Shown here piece after piece: positions 1 to 6,050 of a stretch of DNA of 32,000 bases; position 1 is the first letter of the stretch, and every line of letters starts with the position of its first letter. The notes under the pieces are model-generated. The model did no database searches. It saw only the letters and a list, made by a program, of their open reading frames with translations, and was not told the DNA's origin. The translations under genes and the position numbers were made by a program. Origin of the DNA: an uncultured bacterium (GTDB lineage: Bacteria > Patescibacteriota > Gracilibacteria > UBA1369 > PNNO01); the NCBI GenBank assembly GCA_963704705.1, contig OY969931.1, positions 510,001 through 542,000 on the forward strand, read 5' to 3'.

Positions 1-1
1 A

Positions 2-2248
2 ATGCCTGAAGTCATTGATCCTTCTGAAGGAGACACAATGAGAATTTATTACACTCTTGATACATGCGCTTACGTAAAAGTAAATGTAACTGACCCTTCA
101 AACAGCAATGCGCATGTAGCTGAGCTTCAGGACTGGACATATCAGTGTGATGGTGAACATTATGTTGTTTGGGAAGGCAAAAACGACAACAACCAAATTA
201 TGCATAATGGTGATTATAAAATTACAATTGATGCAAATAACAGCAAAGGATCAGATGAAGAAGTGGAATTTGTTGAAGTTACAGATAATAACGGAGGCGG
301 AAACAACAATGGAAATCTTCCTGATGTTTATGACTTAAGTTTAAACAGAGATGTGTTTGATCCTTATGATCAGACAGTTACATTAACTTATAAACTGGAC
401 GAATGTTCGGATGTAACAATCAAGATTTACGATGAAAATGATAATTATGTTGATACTTTAACTAATGCTGAAAATAAGTGTTCAGGTACTTTTACAGAAA
501 CCTGGAATGGTGAAGATTCATCAAATAATGAAGTTGATGATGGAAATTATTACTTCAAAGTCTATGCTTTAAATGATTACGGAAGCGATTCTGAAAAAAA
601 ATATGTTGAAGCTGATTCAAGCAGCAATAATTCAGGCAATGACAAACCGCAAATTACAAATGTAGATGTAAATCCAGATGTATTTAATCCTTATGATGAA
701 GATACTGAATTGAAATTTAAATTAAATACTTGTGCAGATGTAAGCATTGATGTTCGTGATCAGGATAATGATGTTGTTTATGAGGTTATTCATAATAAAA
801 ATTTATGTAGCGGTACACATTCTTACAAATGGGACGGTGAAGATGATAATAATCATTATGTAAGAGAAGATAATTATGAATTTTACATCAGAGCTGAAAA
901 TGATGAAGGAACTGATACAGCACGAGCTGATGTTGATGTTGATTACAACGGCTACACTTACAATTCAGGAGAAAGATGTTCAAATTACCTTGATGTAAGC
1001 ACAAGCAGTGAATATTGCGATGCTATTGAATATGTAACTGGAAGAGGAATTTTCGACGGATATCCTGACGGAACATTTAAACCTTATCAGGCAATTAACC
1101 GCGCTGAAACTTCAAAAGTTATTATTAAAGGATTTGATTATCCTATACTTTCACCTGACGGAACAAACCTTGGATTCTGGGATTTATTACCTGAAGCTTG
1201 GTATATTCCTTATATAAAAACAGGTAAGGCTTACGGAATTTTACAGGGATATCCTGATGGTTCATTCCAGCCTGCAAGAACAGTAAACCGCGTGGAATTA
1301 CTTAAGATTTTCCTTGAGTCAGCAAATGTAGCATTGCCTACTTGCAATACAGCTCCTTATGTTGACACTCCAAAACAAGCGGATACAGAATGGTATATTC
1401 CATATGTTTGCTATGCGAAAATGAACAATTTAATGGATACAGACTATTATGGTCACTTTAATCCTGATAAACCAATGACTCGCGGCGATGTAGCTGAGTT
1501 ATTCTACAGATTTTCAAACCGCGATTATAATACCAATTACACTTATAACGACCCATATTATTACGACGATTACTACTACACCAACACAACTACCGGAACA
1601 GTAGCAAAATTAAGCAATGTTGAACTTTCTGATGATAAGGTTGAACGAGGCGATGCATTCACTATTTATTATAATTTGAATGTACGATCTGATGTAACTA
1701 TTGAAATCCTTGATGAAGATGGTGATGTTGTAAGAGAAATTATTGATGACTTCAGCCAGTCAGCAGGAAGATTATCAGCTCGCTTTAACGGAGAAAATGA
1801 CGATGGTGACGATTTAAGATTGGGTGATTACACTGTAAGAATAGTTGCACGTAACTATTATGGATCAGACAAAGAAGAAATTGATTTTGAAGTTGCTGAA
1901 AACGGAGGAAGCAGTAGCGACGACTACAGAGATACCAATAAATTAGTTGATGTTTACGATCTTAATCTGGATCCAGACGAGTTCGATCCTGATACTGAAG
2001 ACACGACTTTTTCATTCAGATTGAGCAGAACAGCAAATGTTACAGTTAAAGTTTACGATGATAACAATCACCTTGTATTAAGATTGATTGATGAAGAAGA
2101 TTTAAGAGGAGGATATCAGTCAGTGAACTGGGATGGTGATGATAAAGACGGATATCAGGTTGATGACGGTGATTATAAAATTGTAATTCAGGCAGATAGT
2201 TCGCTTGGAAATGATGAAGAAGAAATTTATGTAACAGTAAACAGCTAG
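2..2248 (+). CDS. Cell-surface (S-layer-type) protein, 5'-truncated at the window edge. Five ~100-aa Ig-like beta-sandwich repeats flank three SLH domains.
   Basis: The ORF is open from the window edge and has no signal peptide, so the N-terminus lies outside the window. Repeat modules by eye: aa 1-95, 106-205, 216-314, 533-633, 647-748 (pattern ...VFDPYD..T.L.Y.L....V.I.I.D......L.......G.....W.G.D.....V.DG.Y...I.A....G.D....V.V), resembling FlgD-Ig-type domains. The central region carries three SLH-like units (YLDV..SEYCDAIEYVTGRGIFDGYPDGTFKPYQAINRAE; FWDL.PEAWYIPYIKTGKAYGILQGYPDGSFQPARTVNRVE; YVDT..TEWYIPYVCYAKMNNLM....GHFNPDKPMTRGDVAE). Confidence 0.8.
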   Translation: MPEVIDPSEGDTMRIYYTLDTCAYVKVNVTDPSNSNAHVAELQDWTYQCDGEHYVVWEGKNDNNQIMHNGDYKITIDANNSKGSDEEVEFVEVTDNNGGGNNNGNLPDVYDLSLNRDVFDPYDQTVTLTYKLDECSDVTIKIYDENDNYVDTLTNAENKCSGTFTETWNGEDSSNNEVDDGNYYFKVYALNDYGSDSEKKYVEADSSSNNSGNDKPQITNVDVNPDVFNPYDEDTELKFKLNTCADVSIDVRDQDNDVVYEVIHNKNLCSGTHSYKWDGEDDNNHYVREDNYEFYIRAENDEGTDTARADVDVDYNGYTYNSGERCSNYLDVSTSSEYCDAIEYVTGRGIFDGYPDGTFKPYQAINRAETSKVIIKGFDYPILSPDGTNLGFWDLLPEAWYIPYIKTGKAYGILQGYPDGSFQPARTVNRVELLKIFLESANVALPTCNTAPYVDTPKQADTEWYIPYVCYAKMNNLMDTDYYGHFNPDKPMTRGDVAELFYRFSNRDYNTNYTYNDPYYYDDYYYTNTTTGTVAKLSNVELSDDKVERGDAFTIYYNLNVRSDVTIEILDEDGDVVREIIDDFSQSAGRLSARFNGENDDGDDLRLGDYTVRIVARNYYGSDKEEIDFEVAENGGSSSDDYRDTNKLVDVYDLNLDPDEFDPDTEDTTFSFRLSRTANVTVKVYDDNNHLVLRLIDEEDLRGGYQSVNWDGDDKDGYQVDDGDYKIVIQADSSLGNDEEEIYVTVNS
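977..1519 (+). other. Three tandem SLH (S-layer homology) domains inside the surface protein
   Basis: aa ~326-506 match the SLH consensus (aromatic-x-D-V/L ... GI.xGYPDGxFxP ... (T/N)RxE) three times. Confidence 0.65.
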
Positions 2249-2271
2249 GATTAAACGACAATTCGATTGTT

Positions 2272-2313
2272 AAAGGCCCTTATCAGGTTGCTCACCCTAT
2301 AGGGCCTTTTTTT
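2272..2313 (+). terminator. Rho-independent terminator after the surface-protein gene
   Basis: AAAGGCCCT (2272-2280) pairs with AGGGCCTTT (2301-2309). The GC core is 7 bp, the loop is 20 nt, and a T-run follows (2307-2313). It sits 24 nt after the stop codon. Confidence 0.75.
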
Positions 2314-2347
2314 ATATTGCCGGGCAAACCCACTTTAGTACAATAAC

Positions 2348-2376
2348 TTGCTCCAGTGAAAATTTAGGTTTATAAT
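2348..2376 (+). promoter_or_regulatory. Candidate sigma70-type promoter for the ytxH-like gene
   Basis: TTGCTC (2348-2353), 17-nt spacer, TATAAT (2371-2376), 26 nt upstream of the ATG at 2402. Confidence 0.4.
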
Positions 2377-2401
2377 ATATATACACTATTAACATAAAAA
2401 T

Positions 2402-2824
2402 ATGGGTAAAAAATCTAGTTTAATATTAGGACTACTTGCCGGAACTGCTCTTGGCATACTTTTTGCACCAAAAACCGGAAAAACTTTAAGAAAACAAATT
2501 AAAGAAGAACGCGATAGCGGAGGTTATGGCCTTTCAGCAATAAAAGAAGGTTTTGTTGGAATGGGAAAAGAAGTTGTTGATACAGCTAAAGAGGCTTATG
2601 AATCTGAAGATGTTCAGGAACAGATTTCAATGGCTAGAGAAAAAGCTGAAGAATTGGCTGAAGAAGGGAAAGAACAAGTAAGAAGAGTTGCTAGAAGAGC
2701 TGGCAGAAAAGCAAAAATGACTGCTACCAAAGTAGGACGAAAAGCAGGCAGAAAAGCTAAAAAAACTGCTGCAAAAGTAGGACGAAAAGCTAAGGCATTT
2801 ACAAAAAAGAAAATTGGAAAGTAA
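2402..2824 (+). CDS. YtxH-domain membrane-anchored protein with a Lys/Arg-rich repetitive C-terminus
   Basis: The N-terminus LILGLLAGTALGILFAPKTGKTLRKQIKEE is the hallmark YtxH motif. The C-terminus repeats (A)GRKAK..TA.KVGRKA. A 17-nt direct repeat AAAGTAGGACGAAAAGC occurs at 2729 and 2773. Confidence 0.7.
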   Translation: MGKKSSLILGLLAGTALGILFAPKTGKTLRKQIKEERDSGGYGLSAIKEGFVGMGKEVVDTAKEAYESEDVQEQISMAREKAEELAEEGKEQVRRVARRAGRKAKMTATKVGRKAGRKAKKTAAKVGRKAKAFTKKKIGK

Positions 2825-3644
2825 TGATAAGATAGGGGTTTTAGGTCCAAAATATACTTTCAGCGATCAGGCAGCTGATCAATATATTAAACATGAGAAA
2901 AAGGTTTATTTTTCAGGTATCTGGGATGTTTTTGAAGCTTTAAAAAAAGGCAAAATTCAAAAGGGGATTGTTCCGATTGAAAATACAATTCACGGTACAG
3001 TCCGCGAAACTTTTGATTCTTTATTCTTATCAGATTTAAAAATAATTTATCAGTTTGCGCTGCCCATTCATCATTGCGTGGCTGTTTTGGCAGGCACAAA
3101 AAAAAGTGAAATTAAAAAGGTGATTTCTCATCAACAAGCTTTAAGCCAGTGTCAAAAATATATCAGAAAAAATTTTCCAAAAGCCCAACAGATAGCCTTT
3201 TCTTCAACTGCAGAAGCAATAAGCAGTATGAAAAAAATGCAATCAGGAGTAGCTGCAGTTATTTGTTCTGAGCAGGCAGCAAAAGAAAACGGGCTTAGAA
3301 TTATTGCTAAAAATATTGCGGATCAAAAGGGTAATAAAACTTATTTTTCGGTTTTAGCCCCGGAATTCGCAAAGCCGAAAGGCAAAAATATACGTACTTC
3401 AATAGCATTTCACTTTCAAAAAGACCATCCAGGTACTTTATTCAGTGTATTCAAGGCTTTTAATGATGCAAAAGTGAATATGACAAAAATCGAATCACGG
3501 CCAACATTGGAAAAATGGGGAAATTACATATTTTTTCTGGATTTTGAAGGTGATATGAATGATCCAAAAATTGAGAAGTTGCTTAAGTTAATTGAGAAGA
3601 AAGTCGCTTTATTAAAAATATTTGGTAGTTATTTAGTGAAATAA
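2814..3644 (+). CDS. pheA: Prephenate dehydratase (PDT domain + ACT domain)
   Basis: IGVLGPKYTFSDQAA at the N-terminus; a C-terminal ACT region with the conserved ESRP motif (NMTKIESRPTLEKWGNYIFFLDFEG). The start is a TTG at 2814 that overlaps the upstream gene by 11 nt. The nearby ATG at 2824 is out of frame. Confidence 0.85.
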   Translation: MESNDKIGVLGPKYTFSDQAADQYIKHEKKVYFSGIWDVFEALKKGKIQKGIVPIENTIHGTVRETFDSLFLSDLKIIYQFALPIHHCVAVLAGTKKSEIKKVISHQQALSQCQKYIRKNFPKAQQIAFSSTAEAISSMKKMQSGVAAVICSEQAAKENGLRIIAKNIADQKGNKTYFSVLAPEFAKPKGKNIRTSIAFHFQKDHPGTLFSVFKAFNDAKVNMTKIESRPTLEKWGNYIFFLDFEGDMNDPKIEKLLKLIEKKVALLKIFGSYLVK

Positions 3645-3645
3645 T

Positions 3646-4251
3646 ATGCATAGTTTTAAATTAACAAAGATTAATAAAAATTCATGGTATTTTCCGCTTA
3701 TTATTGTAGTAATATTTTTTTTATTAAGTTATTTTTTTAGAAATCAATATACTCCGATTATCTTTGTTGTAATTTTTTTCTCTTTTACGATAATTTCCGG
3801 CATGCTAACAAAGAAAGTAATTTTGGAGGTTCAAAATAACAATATAATGATTAGAACAAAAAGCAGCGAAGTAATATTTATGACATCAATAAAACCAGAT
3901 CAAATTAAAAAAGCATTATGGAAAGATGAAGGAAAGGGGATAGGCCCGGCAGTTATTTTAAAAATGCCTGATGGTACTGACATTTCTATTGGTACCATGA
4001 ATATAAGTTTTAATTGGGCTCAACCCGTAGAAGAAATTATTAAACCAAATTATTCGTTAGAAGATAAACAATGGAATGATTTTATTCAGGCAATCGGTTT
4101 ACATAGCGAAGTTTTAAACTCCGATGAAATTTTAGCAAATATAGAAAAAACAAAAAAAGTAGTAACTAGAATAAGCATGGGAATTATTATATTTACAGTT
4201 GCCTTGGTTTTAATTTCCGTGGGGCTTCTTTTATGGCTCGATATTTCTTGA
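3646..4251 (+). CDS. Hypothetical membrane protein (2 N-terminal TM helices, soluble middle, C-terminal TM helix)
   Basis: The ATG lies 1 nt after the pheA stop. Hydrophobic segments are YFPLIIVVIFFLLSYFF, IIFVVIFFSFTIISGML and GIIIFTVALVLISVGLLLWL. I recognise no family. Confidence 0.6.
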   Translation: MHSFKLTKINKNSWYFPLIIVVIFFLLSYFFRNQYTPIIFVVIFFSFTIISGMLTKKVILEVQNNNIMIRTKSSEVIFMTSIKPDQIKKALWKDEGKGIGPAVILKMPDGTDISIGTMNISFNWAQPVEEIIKPNYSLEDKQWNDFIQAIGLHSEVLNSDEILANIEKTKKVVTRISMGIIIFTVALVLISVGLLLWLDIS

Positions 4252-4346
4252 TTTGTTTTCCGTTTGAATAAGCCGTATGAATCGCGGTAGAGCAAGGGAA
4301 TTTAAAATCTTTAAGAATTTTGGAAGTTATTCGGTAAGATAAATTT

Positions 4347-5594
4347 CTATTTAAAAATACCGTTTGAGCGAAGATAATGATGTTTAGGTAGTCCCATAAA
4401 ACGGCATTTCTTTAATATTTCCTTGGCTTGCTTTTTTGATTTATAAGTAAGCTTTCCTGTAAGAAATTTAGTTACAATATTGAAAAATCTATTGGATAGA
4501 TATTGAACTTGTTTTGTATCAGTAACAAATTGATATGCTCTGGCATATTGTGAGAAATATTGATTTTGTTTCTTTTTATCCAGCCATAAAAATTCTTTAA
4601 GTCTTGCAATTCTTTTTGTTTCTGTTGTATGTGGATTATATTTGAATCGTTTTTTCCATTCTTTTGATATTCTGGTAATGCTTTTTTGAGGAAATTGAAC
4701 TTTCCCGTCTTTATATTGTAAACCGTGAAAATCAAAAGTTAAGTCATTAATGTTGCCGAATTGGCATTTATCCAGATTAAATTCGAGTTTCAATTTTTTA
4801 ATTTCTGTTTCAAGGTATAGTTTTATTTTTCTAAGTTTAACCGGGTCTTTATCCATTATTATAAAATCATCTCCTACTCTTCTGTACAGTGCAACCTGTT
4901 TTCCAATTATGTTATCAAGGTGATTTACATTCAAATTAAGGAAATGAGGACAAAAAGTCATACCCTGCAAAATACCTGTTCTATATGACATTAATGTTCC
5001 TTTATTAATGAATGGCTGTTTGATTATATTTCTTATGATTTCAAGAACGCGATCTTCAAAATCCATATTTTTTAGAATCTTCAAAATTATTTCATGATCT
5101 ATAAAATCAGCATATTTTTTAATATCCATTCTTAATACATATAATTCTTTACCGTAATTTCTAAGATAGAATCGCCTAACGCTTCTTGATGCGTAATAAC
5201 TGGCTTTATCACTTCTGAATGAATATACATAATCTGAATATGCAGCTGCAATAACCGGTTCGATTTGTCTTAATACGGCCTGACATTTAATTCTGTCTTT
5301 TAAAGTTAAAGAAAATGTGCCTCTGATTCCACCGTCTTTTTTAGGAACTTCGATATATTTTGCAGGTAATAAATTAACACCTGTTTTTAATTCTTTTTGG
5401 ACTGTTGCAAGCAGTTTATCGATATTTATTTCTGCCTTGGAAAGTGTTTGTCCATCAATACCTTTATAGCTATAAGTTTTGCATTTTTCAGTAAATTTTT
5501 TATATAAATCCAAATATGCCTGGCTTATGTTGTCCCAGGACACAATTGCATCATACATCGAAATTGGTTCTTTTGTTTTGAATAAATTCAGCAT
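4347..5594 (-). CDS. Stand-alone prokaryotic reverse transcriptase (415 aa): RT fingers/palm plus an alpha-helical C-terminal extension
   Basis: RT motifs by eye: motifs 1-2 PKKDGGIRGTFSLTLKDRIKCQAV (aa 84-107); YSFRSDKASYYA; motif 3 LRMDIKKYADFIDH (aa 155-167); motif 4 GILQGMTFCPHFLNL; motif 5 LYRRVGDDFIIM (V240-G-D-D243, nt 4866-4877); motifs 6-7 LEFNLDKCQF....FDFHGLQY. There is no endonuclease, nitrilase, primase or other fused domain. Confidence 0.9.
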   Translation of the reverse strand: MLNLFKTKEPISMYDAIVSWDNISQAYLDLYKKFTEKCKTYSYKGIDGQTLSKAEINIDKLLATVQKELKTGVNLLPAKYIEVPKKDGGIRGTFSLTLKDRIKCQAVLRQIEPVIAAAYSDYVYSFRSDKASYYASRSVRRFYLRNYGKELYVLRMDIKKYADFIDHEIILKILKNMDFEDRVLEIIRNIIKQPFINKGTLMSYRTGILQGMTFCPHFLNLNVNHLDNIIGKQVALYRRVGDDFIIMDKDPVKLRKIKLYLETEIKKLKLEFNLDKCQFGNINDLTFDFHGLQYKDGKVQFPQKSITRISKEWKKRFKYNPHTTETKRIARLKEFLWLDKKKQNQYFSQYARAYQFVTDTKQVQYLSNRFFNIVTKFLTGKLTYKSKKQAKEILKKCRFMGLPKHHYLRSNGIFK

Positions 5595-5925
5595 TTTTTT
5601 TGTATTCTCTGAAACGCCATTACAATACAGTTACGCCATAAAAATAATATAAATGACTAACTGTTAGTGATATGCATACAACTTACTGATCAATCCATAG
5701 GTGATCTGAAAGTGGGTTATGAAGAGAATATGAATATATTCTTAGAATAACTCACTAAGAGGATCATTAGTGGATAGTGAAGAAAGTATGTATGCTTTAC
5801 AATTCCCACTGTTATTCCCGGCATCTGTCAGGGAAATAATTATAATTTCTTAAATAACAGCCGCAATGTTTTAGATGCATCCCTTCTCAAAGATAAAATT
5901 GTAATGGCATTTCAAAGAACAAATC
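5595..5925 (-). ncRNA. Candidate structured noncoding RNA / long 5' leader co-transcribed with the RT gene (possible RT template or scaffold RNA)
   Basis: There is no ORF longer than 35 codons on either strand. A 17-bp long-range stem forms on the minus-sense RNA: UGAAAUGCCAUUACAAU (5914->5898) pairs with AUUGUAAUGGCGUUUCA (5626->5610), with a single U-G wobble. The same position would be an A-C mismatch on the plus sense. The stem encloses 271 nt that contain several local helices. The 3' arm ends 15 nt before the RT ATG. A promoter lies just upstream of the 5' arm. Confidence 0.5.
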
Positions 5926-5930
5926 GTATT

Positions 5931-5939
5931 ATTATACCA
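5931..5939 (-). promoter_or_regulatory. Extended -10 promoter (TGgTATAAT) driving the RT leader/ncRNA
   Basis: The minus strand reads TTTTGTGGTATAATAATACG. TATAAT is 5936->5931 with TG at 5939-5938. The -35 is weak (TTAGCT). The predicted start is ~5925, about 10 nt upstream of the 5' stem arm. Confidence 0.5.
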
Positions 5940-5996
5940 CAAAATTAACAAAAAGCTAAATATTGTATATGTATAGGTTAAGTTTTGCCTTTATTC

Positions 5997-6025
5997 TGGT
6001 AAAAAAGGCAATTTTGTAGTATAAT
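5997..6025 (+). promoter_or_regulatory. Candidate promoter for the ABC-like/PLD/PrsW cassette
   Basis: TGGTAA (5997-6002), 17-nt spacer, TATAAT (6020-6025), 26 nt upstream of the ATG at 6051. It overlaps an 8-bp hairpin (5985-5992 / 6004-6011). Confidence 0.3.
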
Positions 6026-6050
6026 AATCAGAAATAAAAAATAAAAATAA

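Noticed and set aside
5717-5824. 35-codon ORF (MPGITVGIVKHTYFLHYPLMILLVSYSKNIFIFSS) inside the RT-upstream RNA, as a leader peptide or a Neo-like repeat unit
   Set aside because: A stop-free run of this length is expected by chance in several frames of a 450-nt region. It is bounded by TGA two codons upstream and TAA downstream, so it is not circularly open as far as I can tell. It is kept only as something to test once cDNA ends are known.
5931-5940. Shared motif GTGGTA(T/A)AAT upstream of the RT RNA (5931-5940, minus), upstream of the 691-aa gene (25674-25683, plus) and upstream of secE (24689-24698, minus), as a system-specific regulatory element
   Set aside because: It is simply the extended -10 consensus TGnTAWAAT. 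Its presence in front of the housekeeping secE operon argues for a generic promoter style, not co-regulation of the RT and pilin loci.
5985-6015. Hairpin TTTGCCTT / AAGGCAAA (5985-5992 / 6004-6011) followed by TTTT on the plus strand, as an intrinsic terminator
   Set aside because: No plus-strand gene lies upstream to terminate. The stem is short and AT-rich with an 11-nt loop, and it overlaps the putative -35 of the ABC-like gene. It may insulate the divergent promoters, but there is no further support.
4252-6050. RT as the intron-encoded protein of a group II intron
   Set aside because: Reading the RT strand, I found no GUGYG 5' end in the upstream 456 nt. The 95 nt downstream of the RT stop (4252-4346) contain no domain V-like 34-nt hairpin or a domain VI. 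The upstream region is also too short for domains I-III. A covariance-model scan would settle this.
4347-6050. RT as part of a diversity-generating retroelement
   Set aside because: No template/variable repeat pair (a ~100-nt near-identical direct repeat with A-specific mismatches) is visible anywhere in the window. There is no adjacent target gene on the RT strand. RT motif 4 lacks the DGR-typical SQ signature.
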